DNA of 64,000 bases from Bryobacterales bacterium (GCA_965207035.1 OZ242259.1:742475-806474); one strand, 5' to 3'. Positions 1-10,025 are shown, numbered from the stretch's first letter. Made by a program: numbers and translations. The notes: generated by a model from the letters alone, not told the origin.

Positions 1-589
1 GGCCGCCGAGGCCCCGCAGCTTGAACGAGCCTTGATCTACTCGCTTGGGGTTGTACCAGAGCGTGTGTGGGCGGCGGCAACCGGGACTCAGCCGGAGCTT
101 GCGGTGGTGTTGTCCATGATTACGTCGATGTTCCTTCACGGGGGATGGATGCATCTGATCGGGAACCTCTGGTTCCTCTGGATCTTCGGTGACAACGTCG
201 AGGACGCGCTCGGGCATGGAGTCTTCTTGGTCTTCTACGTCGGCTGCGGGGTCGTGGCGGCGAGCACGCAAGTCCTAGCGGATCCGGGCTCCAGCATTCC
301 GATGGTCGGAGCGAGCGGGGCGATTGCAGGTGTGATGGGAGCCTATCTCATCCGATTCCCACGAGCACGCATTACAGTGCTCGTCCCGATTATTGTCTTC
401 TGGACCACCTTCGAGGTGCCGGCATTTGTGATGCTTTCGATCTGGCTTGTGATCCAGGTCCTGAGTGGCACGGGTGCCGCGAGCGGCGGGGTCGCTTGGT
501 GGGCGCATATCGGCGGATTTCTGGCGGGGATGGCGTTTCTGCTCATACGAACCCGGACCCGATATCGATCCCGCCGTGGAAGTCAATGA
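1..589 (+). CDS. Rhomboid family intramembrane serine protease (5' end cut by window edge)
   Basis: The reading frame is open back to base 2. Rhomboid motifs are present: HGGWMHLIGNLWFLWIFG, GASGAIAG (catalytic Ser) and AHIGGFLAG (catalytic His). The TM1/L1 part expected upstream is missing, so the gene starts outside the window. Confidence 0.85.
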   Translation, partial: AAEAPQLERALIYSLGVVPERVWAAATGTQPELAVVLSMITSMFLHGGWMHLIGNLWFLWIFGDNVEDALGHGVFLVFYVGCGVVAASTQVLADPGSSIPMVGASGAIAGVMGAYLIRFPRARITVLVPIIVFWTTFEVPAFVMLSIWLVIQVLSGTGAASGGVAWWAHIGGFLAGMAFLLIRTRTRYRSRRGSQ

Positions 590-674
590 GTGGGAGTCGC
601 CGCCTATCGGCCAGAACACGATGCCGCGCCGCTCAAGGCGCCCGACGGACCGCTGGCATACTGGAGGGACGGGC

Positions 675-905
675 ATGTTGCGCGTCACCCTGTACAGCCG
701 TCCCGGTTGCCGATTGTGCGAAACCGCCCGACGGGAATTGGAGGCTGCCGTCAAGCACATCACGGTTGAGGAGATCGATGTTGACTGCGATCCACAACTT
801 CGGGCCCGCTATGGATACGATGTGCCGGTGGCGGTCGCAGATGGACGCGAGCTTTTCCGGCATCGATTCGACCCAGCTTGTATCGAGACGATCCGCGCCA
901 GCTAG
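675..905 (+). CDS. Glutaredoxin-like small thiol-disulfide protein (thioredoxin fold, CxxC)
   Basis: ATG at 675 is preceded by GGAGGGA (663-669). The motif YSRPGCRLCE is a CxxC in glutaredoxin-like context. The longer track ORF from 465 overlaps the rhomboid 3' end and its extra residues look non-coding. Confidence 0.75.
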   Translation: MLRVTLYSRPGCRLCETARRELEAAVKHITVEEIDVDCDPQLRARYGYDVPVAVADGRELFRHRFDPACIETIRAS

Positions 906-911
906 AAAGCC

Positions 912-2204
912 ATGAGCGACGCCAAAGAACCCTTGGAGCGAGCCGTCGAGCTTGCGACCTCAAACATCCGATTCGGTCCGGGAGTTACGAGGGAGCTTGG
1001 GCCGGATCTCGCCGATCGCGGGCTCACGAATGCCTTTGTGCTCACTGATCGATATTTGACAGACCTCCCCCCTGTCCAAGTAGCGCTTGCGTCACTTGAG
1101 GATGCCGGGATCCGGGCAACCGTGTATCGCGATGTTGCTGTGGAGCCGACCGATGCTTCCTTCCGCGACGCGATTCGAGCGGCAGAGCGCTGTTCTCCGG
1201 ACGTATTCGTCGCAGTCGGCGGCGGCTCGACGATCGACACTGCGAAAGCCGCCAATCTGTATTCGACGTATCCCGCCGACTTCCTCGACTACGTCAATCC
1301 TCCCATCGGTCTCGGCAGGCCCGTTCCCGGCCCGTTGAAGCCGTTGTTTGCTGTGCCCACGACTGCGGGGACAGGCAGCGAGACAACCGGTGTCGCGATA
1401 TTCGATCTTGTGGAAATGCGCGCAAAGACCGGCATTGCGGACCGAGGCCTGAAACCCACCCTCGGACTGCTGGATCCCGACAACACCCGCACTCTTCCTC
1501 CGGCCGTGGCCGCGTCAACAGGGCTTGACGTGCTGTCTCACGCAATCGAATCCTACACCGCGGCAGACTATCGCGAGCGGGTCGCGCCCGATCGCCCGAA
1601 GTATCGGCCAGCCTACCAGGGCGCAAACCCAATCAGCGACGTTTGGTCGCTGGAAGCCCTTCGAATGGTCAGGAGCTATTTGCCGCGCGCGGTGGAAGAC
1701 CCGTCGGACGATGAGGCGCGCGGAATGATGCTTCTGGCCGCATCCTATGCCGGAATCGGCTTCGGCAACGCCGGAGTGCACCTGCCCCATGGCATGTCCT
1801 ATCCGGTATCTGGCATGGTCAAGACCTTCCGCATGCCCGGGTATCCGACCGAGCATCCGATGGTGCCGCACGGCATTTCGGTCATTCTCAACGCTCCGGC
1901 TGTCTTCCGCTTCACTGCTGCCGCCGGCCCGCACCGGCATCTGGCCGCAGCCGCGGCCCTCGGAGGGGCTGTCGAGGGGGTCCGAAGCGAGGATGCAGGT
2001 GAGGCACTCGCAAGTTCCATTGTTGGATTCATGCGCCGCCTAGGGACGCCGAGCGGCCTGGAAGAATTGGGTTACACCAAGACGGACATTCCGGCGCTTG
2101 TCCAAGCCACCTTGCCCCAGCACCGGGTAACAAAGCTGTCTCCGCGTCCGTTCTCGGAGCATGACCTTTCGACGATGTTTGCCGATGCGCTCAGGTCTTG
2201 GTGA
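912..2204 (+). CDS. Iron-containing (group III) alcohol dehydrogenase family protein, hydroxyacid-oxoacid transhydrogenase-like
   Basis: 430 aa. It has the GGGSTIDTAKAANLY nucleotide-binding motif and the His-rich metal region HLPHGMSYP...PHG typical of Fe-ADH. Confidence 0.85.
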   Translation: MSDAKEPLERAVELATSNIRFGPGVTRELGPDLADRGLTNAFVLTDRYLTDLPPVQVALASLEDAGIRATVYRDVAVEPTDASFRDAIRAAERCSPDVFVAVGGGSTIDTAKAANLYSTYPADFLDYVNPPIGLGRPVPGPLKPLFAVPTTAGTGSETTGVAIFDLVEMRAKTGIADRGLKPTLGLLDPDNTRTLPPAVAASTGLDVLSHAIESYTAADYRERVAPDRPKYRPAYQGANPISDVWSLEALRMVRSYLPRAVEDPSDDEARGMMLLAASYAGIGFGNAGVHLPHGMSYPVSGMVKTFRMPGYPTEHPMVPHGISVILNAPAVFRFTAAAGPHRHLAAAAALGGAVEGVRSEDAGEALASSIVGFMRRLGTPSGLEELGYTKTDIPALVQATLPQHRVTKLSPRPFSEHDLSTMFADALRSW

Positions 2205-2262
2205 CCGGAGCTCGCTGGCGGATCCCCGACGCTGCCCACACAAGGATCGCAGCCCGGGGAGG

Positions 2263-3255
2263 TCAGGAAAGCGGTTGTCCGGCTCTCTGCGACGCGAGAA
2301 TCGCCGCGCCCTGTGTTACGGCACCCTCTCGCAACGTCGATCCGACAAGCGAATAGTTCTGTCGAAAATAGGGCACCACCATGGGCTTGATGAGTTCTCC
2401 GAGCAGACTTAGTAGCTTGGGGCTCGAAGTGCCCAAGCCGCCACCCACTACCACGCGCTCGGGCACGAGCAGGTTGATCGTCGCCGCTAGGGCCACCGCC
2501 AGCCGCTGCAGTGCCTGCACGACGACTCGCTCTGCAAAACGATCGCCGGCCTCCCAGCTGCGGATAATCCGTTCGCTTCCGACCGGCATGGCCCCGTGGC
2601 CGGCTTCCGCCAAGGCCGAGCGGCTCCACTCCGATGGATGTCGTTCCGCCAGAACGCGGCAGAAGTTGCTCAAGCCCGGTCCGGAACACATCGCTTCGAC
2701 ACAGCCCCGGTTGCCGCAGCAGCATTCGGGTCCGTCGGGGTCCACAACGATATGACCGATCTCGGTTTCCCCGAGGTCTCCCAGCGCCAGGATCTGCCCG
2801 TCAAGTACAAATCCTCCGCCCACTCCGGTTCCGAGGGTGATGTAGAAGACTGATCTCGCATCCTTCCCGGCCCCGAAATGAGCTTCCGCGAGCGCGGCCA
2901 GCTTGCAGTCATTCTCGACATGCACCGGTACCTGAAAGCGCAGTTTCAGTTCGCTAGCGACATCCACATCCTCCCAACCTTCTTCGTGCAGGCACAGGTC
3001 AGGACGGTTCGTGGACCGCTGCACCGTTCCACCGAATCCAAATCCAATCGCGTGCAGTTGGCTGGTCCTGATCCCTTCGTCTGCGAGCAGGTCTTCGGCT
3101 ACCTCAAGGACGCTTCGAAAGCTCTCGGCGGCCTTGTCACCTTTCATCCGGCGGACCACTGCCATTCGCGAAAGACGGGCATCGCGCCCCGCGATTCCGG
3201 CAACGAGCTTGGTTCCACCGGTCTCGAATGCAAGAAAGTGCGGTTCGGCGTTCAT
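2263..3255 (-). CDS. ROK family sugar kinase
   Basis: It has an ETGGTK N-terminal ATPase motif and the ROK zinc motif GHIVVDPDGPECCCGNRGCVE, with no N-terminal HTH. ATG at 3255 forms an ATGA overlap with the rdgB stop (3252-3255). Confidence 0.8.
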   Translation of the reverse strand: MNAEPHFLAFETGGTKLVAGIAGRDARLSRMAVVRRMKGDKAAESFRSVLEVAEDLLADEGIRTSQLHAIGFGFGGTVQRSTNRPDLCLHEEGWEDVDVASELKLRFQVPVHVENDCKLAALAEAHFGAGKDARSVFYITLGTGVGGGFVLDGQILALGDLGETEIGHIVVDPDGPECCCGNRGCVEAMCSGPGLSNFCRVLAERHPSEWSRSALAEAGHGAMPVGSERIIRSWEAGDRFAERVVVQALQRLAVALAATINLLVPERVVVGGGLGTSSPKLLSLLGELIKPMVVPYFRQNYSLVGSTLREGAVTQGAAILASQRAGQPLS

Positions 3256-3833
3256 TGGTGCTCCCGAATCCAAGCGAGCATGGCCCGGTAAGCCTTCCCG
3301 CGATGACTGTGCTTCCACTTGGCTTCGCTGCTCAAGCGACCGAAACTCTTGCGAAGCGGCGGATAGTGGAACAACGGATCATAGCCAAATCCGCGGCAGC
3401 CGGAGTGTCTCCTCAATATCCGCCCGTCAACCTGACCGCGAAACGTCGCAACTGGATTGCCGTCCTTGACGAGCGCGATGGAGCACACGAACCGAGCGGT
3501 GCGTTCGTGGGTCGGGACGTCATCCAGTCTTTGCAACAGCAGGCGATTGTTGGCGAGGTCGTCGCATTCGGGACCAGCAAACCGCGCCGACAACACGCCG
3601 GGCGCTCCCCCCAGCGCGTCGACCTCGATCCCGGAGTCGTCGGCGAACAGCCATTCCGCCCCCTCGGCAGAGGCGTAGCACATGGCCTTCTCCAGCGCGT
3701 TCGCCTCGAAAGTATCACCGGTCTCGGGGCAGTCCCGGCTGAGGCAGCCTCGTAAGAGAACATCCGCTCCGGCCGCATTCCGAAACTCCAAGAGCTTGTG
3801 CTGATTGGAGGTAGCACAGACCAGTTCAAGCAT
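3252..3833 (-). CDS. rdgB: RdgB/HAM1 family non-canonical purine NTP pyrophosphatase
   Basis: 193 aa with an N-terminus [11 protein letters not shown] typical of RdgB/HAM1. It overlaps the rph stop by 8 nt, matching the classic rph-rdgB pair. Confidence 0.9.
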   Translation of the reverse strand: MLELVCATSNQHKLLEFRNAAGADVLLRGCLSRDCPETGDTFEANALEKAMCYASAEGAEWLFADDSGIEVDALGGAPGVLSARFAGPECDDLANNRLLLQRLDDVPTHERTARFVCSIALVKDGNPVATFRGQVDGRILRRHSGCRGFGYDPLFHYPPLRKSFGRLSSEAKWKHSHRGKAYRAMLAWIREHQ

Positions 3834-4557
3834 TCTCTGAAATATTGACCAGTTCTTGCTGAGCGGAAATCAAAGGCGCTATCCCGGTTTCTGCCAGCGC
3901 TACTAGCGCGTCCAACTCGTTCTTCGAATACGTCTGTCCTTCGGCGCTGGCCTGCAATTCTATGAACTCCCCGGTGGAAGTCATCACGACGTTCATGTCC
4001 ACGTCCGCCCGCGAGTCCTCCTCATAGCAGAGGTCGAGCAGTGTCCTGCCATCGACAATTCCAACGCTTGTGGCCGCAACGTAGTGCCGCAATGGCATCT
4101 CGGGAATGGCTTCGTATTCGACCAGCGCCTTGATGGCCATCGCCATCGCGACCCAGCCGCCCGTGACTGCCGCCGTGCGCGTGCCGCCGTCAGCTTGCAT
4201 GACATCGCAGTCGACGATGACCGTGCGTTCTCCCAAGCGAGCCATATCGACCGATGTTCTGAGCGAACGACCGATCAAGCGTTGGATTTCGGATGTCCGA
4301 CCGGACGGGCGTCCGCGTTCCACCTCTCGAGGCGTTCGGGTCGATGTGGATCGAGGCAGCATTGCATACTCCGCCGTAACCCAACCGCGTCCGGTGCCTC
4401 GGAGGAAGCGCGGGACGGAGTCCTCCACCGTCGCGGCGCAAATGACCTTCGTGTGCCCGGTCTCGATAAGCGCGGAACCCTCCGCGCAGGCAAGGATCCC
4501 AGGCTGAATTCTAGTTTGGCGACCCTGATCGAGCCGTCTTCCATCAATGCGGGTCAA
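3826..4557 (-). CDS. rph: Ribonuclease PH
   Basis: 243 aa. The sequence [43 protein letters not shown] is a full-length RNase PH pattern. Confidence 0.95.
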   Translation of the reverse strand: MTRIDGRRLDQGRQTRIQPGILACAEGSALIETGHTKVICAATVEDSVPRFLRGTGRGWVTAEYAMLPRSTSTRTPREVERGRPSGRTSEIQRLIGRSLRTSVDMARLGERTVIVDCDVMQADGGTRTAAVTGGWVAMAMAIKALVEYEAIPEMPLRHYVAATSVGIVDGRTLLDLCYEEDSRADVDMNVVMTSTGEFIELQASAEGQTYSKNELDALVALAETGIAPLISAQQELVNISENA

Positions 4558-4789
4558 TTCGCATTATCTCCCTCTCGGCATGCCTCGGCAAACCGCTCCG
4601 TGGCTGGGTGTGATCAAGTCTTTGGCCGCAGTGCTGCTTTGGCGAAAACGTAACTGATCACCGCTTGACACGCAGTTCGGCACCGCGAGCCCGGATGACA
4701 GAATTTGCCGTCACCGACCCAAAAACGTGCCCTTCTGGGGCCGCGAAACCGGTTCGCAGTATAGTACGCTAACGCTAGCCAAGGAATCC

Positions 4790-5446
4790 GTGGCGGGCGG
4801 AGCATTGCCAGTGAATTTGCCCAACATACTAACTCTGTCGAGGATCTTCTTGGTTCCTCTGCTCGTAGCGGTCTTGCTCCGCAGCGATGCGGTCGAGTTG
4901 GACGCCGGGCTAGTTGTGTTGACCCGCGAGGTGATCGCCCTGAGCATCTTCCTCGCCGCGGCTCTGACCGATCTGTTGGACGGGTATATCGCCCGACGAA
5001 GACGGCAGGTCACCGCTGTCGGGAAGCTGCTCGACCCGATCGCCGACAAATTGCTCGTTTCGGCCGCATTGATCTCCTTGGTGGAGCTGGGCCGAGTCGA
5101 AGCGTGGATGGTTGTGTTGATCGTGAGTCGGGAATTTGCGGTTTCCGCGCTGCGCAACGTCGCCCTCGACCAAGGGATCACGATTTCGGCAAGCGACTTC
5201 GGGAAGGCCAAGATGGTCGCCCAAGTCACTGCCGTGTCACTGCTGCTTCTGGCCCCTCGCTCACCGGTCATCGAGCAAGCCGGATATATCGTGCTCTGGC
5301 TGGCAATTTTGGTCACGCTCTGGTCGATGGTCGACTACTTCATGGCCTTTTGGCATCGCCCCGGAATAGGGTTGGAAACGGAGCCGGAGTCCGATGACGC
5401 AGGTGTCATCCACAAGAATGTACCGGAAACGGGGAACCAGCCGTAG
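4790..5446 (+). CDS. pgsA: CDP-diacylglycerol--glycerol-3-phosphate 3-phosphatidyltransferase
   Basis: It carries the CDP-alcohol phosphotransferase motif DLLDGYIARRRRQVTAVGKLLDPIADKL and N-terminal NLPNILTLSRIF. In-frame GTG candidates lie at 4727 (track), 4790 (AAGGA 4 nt upstream) and 4811, so the start is uncertain. Confidence 0.85.
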   Translation: MAGGALPVNLPNILTLSRIFLVPLLVAVLLRSDAVELDAGLVVLTREVIALSIFLAAALTDLLDGYIARRRRQVTAVGKLLDPIADKLLVSAALISLVELGRVEAWMVVLIVSREFAVSALRNVALDQGITISASDFGKAKMVAQVTAVSLLLLAPRSPVIEQAGYIVLWLAILVTLWSMVDYFMAFWHRPGIGLETEPESDDAGVIHKNVPETGNQP

Positions 5447-5561
5447 TCGGGTAGCGTGCGCCGCTGCGGGCAATGCTCCAAGGTGGAACACGGGTCTCAG
5501 ATCGCCGGATGCGCACTCGCACCGGGGAGTGTGATGGCACAGAGCGCACCACGCCGCAGGA

Positions 5562-6092
5562 TCACTGGAGAAGCGGTTCAACAATCTTTCTGAAGTTGGC
5601 CTCAAAGCTGTCGAACCAAGCCTGCTCGGATCCCTGGTGTTCTTCTCGAATGATGCCGTCCTTGTCGAGGAAGACCAGATACGGGTAGTAAATCCTGGTC
5701 ATCACCGAGGTGCCGGTAATCCTGGAGAACTGCTTTCGCGAGGAGAGTGCGAGCGGAAAGCTGGCCTGGAACCTAGCCGCGAAGTTGCGCAATCCGGCCT
5801 CGTCCGTTGCGTTGAGGGACAGGCCAATCATCTTGAACCCCGTTTTCTGCAATTCGCGGTAGATCGGATCGACCTGGACGGAGGTCTGCTGACAATGAGG
5901 GCATTCTGTCGAGAAGAACATCAGCACGGCCGCGTTCCCACGTAATGACTCGAGCGAAACGCGACGCCCGTCGAACGCCACAACCTCGAATGGCTGCGCG
6001 GGACCCGGAGCGGCAATGGCATTGGTCGCCAGAGCGGTCGCGACCGCAAGCAAAGCCAGATTTCTCAGCATTCTAGGTTTCCCCTTTCTCAT
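5562..6092 (-). CDS. Secreted TlpA/redoxin-like thiol:disulfide oxidoreductase
   Basis: Signal peptide MRKGKPRMLRNLALLAVATALATNAIA, followed by a thioredoxin-fold CPHC motif (FFSTECPHCQ). ATG 6092 gives an ATGA overlap with the upstream gene stop. The track ORF extension to 6350 was rejected. Confidence 0.8.
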   Translation of the reverse strand: MRKGKPRMLRNLALLAVATALATNAIAAPGPAQPFEVVAFDGRRVSLESLRGNAAVLMFFSTECPHCQQTSVQVDPIYRELQKTGFKMIGLSLNATDEAGLRNFAARFQASFPLALSSRKQFSRITGTSVMTRIYYPYLVFLDKDGIIREEHQGSEQAWFDSFEANFRKIVEPLLQ

Positions 6093-7351
6093 GATGCGGG
6101 CAATCCTTCGACACCCTGCACAACCGTGCCCACCTGTTCGAGCACCACGCGATGCTGACCAACAACGCCTTCGCAACGGGACTCGCCGCTGTCGAGAAGC
6201 TTCAGTCCGGCACGCTTCTTCTCGCAGATTTGCCGATAGAGATGATAATACTCGCTTGCGGCCTCCACGTCTTCCCACCTCACGGCATAGCGAAGGATTG
6301 CGTCGCCAGTACGCGCCCGCTCCAGAATTTCGAATTGAGATCCCCGCCACTTGTCGAGCAATTCGCCGAAGTCTTCACTCCCCAAGTGGTGCTGGATCAG
6401 GATCTTGTGGTCAAGTTGGCCGAACGTTCCGTCAAAGACCCGCTTGTACCCCTTCGGGACTGAGATCCGGGGCAGCGCGGGCGGTTCCGGGACCGTGCCT
6501 GTCAGATAGAGTTCGGGTTGCAGTATTTGCTGCGTAGTTGCGGGCGGGGCTTGGAAGACCCGCTTAAACCCGTCTTGTCCGAAACGCTCGACCATATCGT
6601 GCTGAAACAGCAGTCCGTCGGTGTAGGGGAAAATCAGCACTTCGCGGAAGTATGTCGGAGTGCTGTCGTAGACAGGGAATTGCTGGGCCTCGAATCGAGT
6701 GGCACTGGCGGTTGCGATCGCGAGAATCCGGTTTCCTTCCAACGACTTCCCGGACTGCCGCATCGCCCACTCGGTCATGACCCAAGATGCCTGCCCCTCC
6801 ACGGCGGCAAGCCTTGCAACTTGCGACTCGGCCTCGCGGGTGGATTGCATGTACTTGAGCAGGTTGAAGTTCTGATCATCCACCGCATGGACGAGTTCGT
6901 GAACCAGCGCGTATTCGAGCGCGTCCCGTGGCGCCCAATCCGCGAGGTAGAGGTTGCGTCGTTTGAAATCGTAGAGGGCCCAGGCTTGCTCGCTGAGCAA
7001 ATCAAGGACCGTCTCTTCGTAGTCGAAGTCCGCCGGGACCAAGCCGAAGAGCCGCAGGAACAAGACTTCCCGACGCATCTGGCGCGGGTTGTTTTCCTTG
7101 CGCATCTGCTCTTGGTAGAGCTTGCGGAATGCAGGCTTGGAGATGGTTTTCAGCGACACCGGTCGCCGCGGGCCGAAGCCCATGATTTCTCGCAGTTCGT
7201 CCAGGATCGACTCGACTTTCGAGAAAACTTCTCTCGCGGGTTGATCCGTTGGTTCGGGTTCTGCCCGCACCGAGCCGGTCGCGAGGATGCAGGCGAGGAC
7301 GATAGCGAGCCGTCCGTTGAGGACTCCAATTCTCGAGATCTTCAGGCTCAT
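6089..7351 (-). CDS. Secreted putative zinc metallopeptidase (HExxH)
   Basis: 420 aa with an N-terminal signal peptide (LAIVLACILATGSVRA). It has a single HELVH motif in the context ALVHELVHAVDDQNF. I recognise no closer family. Confidence 0.7.
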   Translation of the reverse strand: MSLKISRIGVLNGRLAIVLACILATGSVRAEPEPTDQPAREVFSKVESILDELREIMGFGPRRPVSLKTISKPAFRKLYQEQMRKENNPRQMRREVLFLRLFGLVPADFDYEETVLDLLSEQAWALYDFKRRNLYLADWAPRDALEYALVHELVHAVDDQNFNLLKYMQSTREAESQVARLAAVEGQASWVMTEWAMRQSGKSLEGNRILAIATASATRFEAQQFPVYDSTPTYFREVLIFPYTDGLLFQHDMVERFGQDGFKRVFQAPPATTQQILQPELYLTGTVPEPPALPRISVPKGYKRVFDGTFGQLDHKILIQHHLGSEDFGELLDKWRGSQFEILERARTGDAILRYAVRWEDVEAASEYYHLYRQICEKKRAGLKLLDSGESRCEGVVGQHRVVLEQVGTVVQGVEGLPAS

Positions 7352-7456
7352 CGGGAATGGCGGCGCAATAAAGGACAGAAAGCTCGAGAAGCGCGGCGGA
7401 GGTCGTGAAGGTGATTGGGGCCAACCACTGTCACCGCCCCATCAACAAACTAGGGG

Positions 7457-8260
7457 TCAGGGTTGCGGCTGCTCGCCGCCAGGCTGCCCGTCTTCCTCGA
7501 CGACGTCGCCGAAGGTGATCGTTGACGTGCCCAGGAACTTCTTGTAGTTCTCGTACTTGATGATCATGCGAATCTTTTGCGGACCCGACCTGAATGGCAG
7601 CGTGTCGTCCGCCCGCGTGTAGACGGGAAACCAGTATTCGCCGTCGATCTGGTCGCGGTACGTCTCGAAACGCGGAAACTGGTGGTCCTTCTTCGCGTCG
7701 GTCTTGCCAACGCCCTTGCCGTACGTTTTCACGATTTGCAATCCGATTTGGTCGACCCAGATCTGGCCCTCGAAATAGCGCTTGCCCTTGACGAGTTGCT
7801 TCGGCTTGACCGAGAACATGTAGGTGTCGATTTCGTCGACCCTTTGTTCCCCGAGGTAGTCGATTCGGTATTCGTGGGCGTTTTCCCGTGTCATAACGAA
7901 CGGCTGGACACTGCGGAGGTCTTCCAGGTCCTCTGGAGTCAGCACGATGTTCTTCAGCGATGAGGGCGGTGCAAAGATCACTTTCTCGACACGCTTGCTA
8001 TCGGCATCGAAGAGAACGTCCTGAACCATCTCCCAGCGGCCCCGCACGCTTCCGGAATTGCTGTACTCGAGAATCTTCACCGAATGGCGATAGATGTAAG
8101 CCTCGCGTGCCTGCGAGAACTCGGTTTCCTTGTCGATGAAGCGCTCGATGATCTCTTCAACCGGAACATCGGGCTCGACAACCGCCGCCCTTGAAGGCGG
8201 TGCAGCGACGACAAGGCAGGCCGCCAAGAAAACCAAGAACGCGGCAGGAGGGACTCGCAT
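7457..8260 (-). CDS. Secreted hypothetical protein (possible LolA/RseB-like lipoprotein-sorting fold)
   Basis: 267 aa with signal peptide AFLVFLAACLVVAAPPSRA and a coding-like, beta-rich composition. The fold assignment is only a guess. Confidence 0.6.
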   Translation of the reverse strand: MRVPPAAFLVFLAACLVVAAPPSRAAVVEPDVPVEEIIERFIDKETEFSQAREAYIYRHSVKILEYSNSGSVRGRWEMVQDVLFDADSKRVEKVIFAPPSSLKNIVLTPEDLEDLRSVQPFVMTRENAHEYRIDYLGEQRVDEIDTYMFSVKPKQLVKGKRYFEGQIWVDQIGLQIVKTYGKGVGKTDAKKDHQFPRFETYRDQIDGEYWFPVYTRADDTLPFRSGPQKIRMIIKYENYKKFLGTSTITFGDVVEEDGQPGGEQPQP

Positions 8261-8394
8261 GGCAGGTTACTCGCTATTGTACAGACGGCCGCAAGGGAGC
8301 AAATGTTGCGCAACTGAAATTTCTTCAACTGTTTGCTGTCTGGATCCTGGTCGCGCCACGAGAGCTTCGACAGCGCCGGGGGCGCTCCGGTACG

Positions 8395-9957
8395 ATGGTT
8401 TGGATGCTCTTGCGGAACGTCTTCCTTTCGCTCTCGGTCTCGCTCACAGCGATTGCGGCGGTAAACCCAGTCCCCGACTCGGTAGTGCCGGAAAGAATCG
8501 ATGGGGCGCAGCCTCGAAACGTCGTCTTCATCCTCGCAGACGACCATCGCTATGACGCGATGTCCTTCTTGAATCATCAGTTCGCGCAGACGCCGCACAT
8601 GGACGCAATGGCGAACAATGGCGTGCATCTCAAGAATGCCTTTGTCGGCACTTCCCTGTGTTCACCCAGCCGGGCTTCGATCCTGACCGGCCTGTACACG
8701 TTCCGCCACAGGGTGATAGACAACAACCGAATGGTTCCGGAAGGCACATTGTTCTTCCCTCAATACCTTCAGGCTGCCGGATACGCGACGGCATTCGTCG
8801 GCAAGTGGCATATGGGTGCGGCTGACGACGCGCCCCGGCCGGGATTCGATCGCTGGGTCAGCTTCCGGGGCCAAGGGCACTACCTGCCGCCCAATCCAAA
8901 CTACACGCTGAACGTTGACGGAGAGCGGGTCAAGCAGAAGGGCTACATCACCGATGAGCTCACAGATTACGCAATCGACTGGCTTGATGAGCAGGACCCG
9001 GCAGGGAAGCCGTTCTTCCTGTACCTTTCGCACAAGGCCGTACATGCCAACTTCACCCCCGCGGAGCGACACAAGGGCAGCCTGGATGACGCACCCTTCA
9101 AGCGCCCGGCGAGTGAAGCGGACACTGCCGAGAACTACCGTGGCAAGCCTCGCTGGCTCAGGGACCAGCGGAACAGCTGGCACGGCGTCGATTTCCCATA
9201 CCACAGTGCGCTTGACGTCGAACGCTACTACAAGCAGTACAACGAAGCCCTGATGGCGGTGGACGACAGCTTGGGGCGCATCATGAAGCAGCTGGGTGAG
9301 ATGGGCATTGCCGACGAGACGCTTGTGATCTACATGGGCGACAACGGCTTCATGTTTGGAGAGCACGGACTGATCGACAAGCGCGTTGCTTATGAGACGT
9401 CCATCCGCGTTCCGATGCTAATGCAATGTCCGGAACTATTCCGGGGCGGGACCGTTGTCGAGCGAGTGGTTGCCAACATCGATGTCGCGCCAACCGTGCT
9501 CGAGGCGATGGGGCTGGCGAAACCGCCCCACATGGACGGGCAGAGCTTCCTGCCGCTTGGAATGGGAAAGGACATTCCATGGAGGGACTATTTCCTGTAC
9601 GTCTACTACTGGGAGAAGAACTTTCCCCACACACCAACGCAGTTCGCCCTGCGCGGAGATCGATTCAAGTACATCACCTACTACGGGCTCTGGGACTCAG
9701 ACGAACTCTATGACCTTCAGGAGGATCCCGGAGAGACTCGGAACCTGCTCCACGAAGAGGAGTACGCAAGGACTGCCAAGGAAATGGAGGCCAGCCTCTA
9801 CCAGATGATGGCGGACCTCGGCGGAATGACGATTCCGCTGAACGCGCCACGCGGCAGTTCGCAGAACAAGCGCCTGCGGGGCCGGGGCGGTTCGGAGGCG
9901 GCAGACTTTCCTTCAGTGATGGTGCTTGACGAGCCCATTCACCGCAACGCGCAATAG
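8395..9957 (+). CDS. Sulfatase (Cys-type, formylglycine-dependent)
   Basis: ATG 8395 gives signal peptide MVWMLLRNVFLSLSVSLTAIAA. Motifs are ILADDHRYD and the active-site CSPSRASILTG (CxPxR). The track N-terminal extension from 8191 was rejected. Confidence 0.9.
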   Translation: MVWMLLRNVFLSLSVSLTAIAAVNPVPDSVVPERIDGAQPRNVVFILADDHRYDAMSFLNHQFAQTPHMDAMANNGVHLKNAFVGTSLCSPSRASILTGLYTFRHRVIDNNRMVPEGTLFFPQYLQAAGYATAFVGKWHMGAADDAPRPGFDRWVSFRGQGHYLPPNPNYTLNVDGERVKQKGYITDELTDYAIDWLDEQDPAGKPFFLYLSHKAVHANFTPAERHKGSLDDAPFKRPASEADTAENYRGKPRWLRDQRNSWHGVDFPYHSALDVERYYKQYNEALMAVDDSLGRIMKQLGEMGIADETLVIYMGDNGFMFGEHGLIDKRVAYETSIRVPMLMQCPELFRGGTVVERVVANIDVAPTVLEAMGLAKPPHMDGQSFLPLGMGKDIPWRDYFLYVYYWEKNFPHTPTQFALRGDRFKYITYYGLWDSDELYDLQEDPGETRNLLHEEEYARTAKEMEASLYQMMADLGGMTIPLNAPRGSSQNKRLRGRGGSEAADFPSVMVLDEPIHRNAQ

Positions 9958-10025
9958 GGCGCACATTCAGCGACAGGCTGGCGTTGGTAGTCCGCGTTAG
10001 AACTCGGTAGGGGACCGCGTGTCCT

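Noticed and set aside
6518-7408. 296-aa plus-strand ORF covering most of the HExxH gene
   Set aside because: It is antisense to a gene with a signal peptide and a clear motif. Its composition is Arg/Gly/Leu/Val-rich and low in information, typical of shadow ORFs in high-GC DNA.
8191-8394. N-terminal extensions of track ORFs (also 46474-46653, 24889-25107, 6093-6350, 29040-29189, 62678-62746)
   Set aside because: The extra residues are Arg/Pro-rich and precede an internal ATG that yields a proper signal peptide or family-typical N-terminus. Several would overlap upstream genes.
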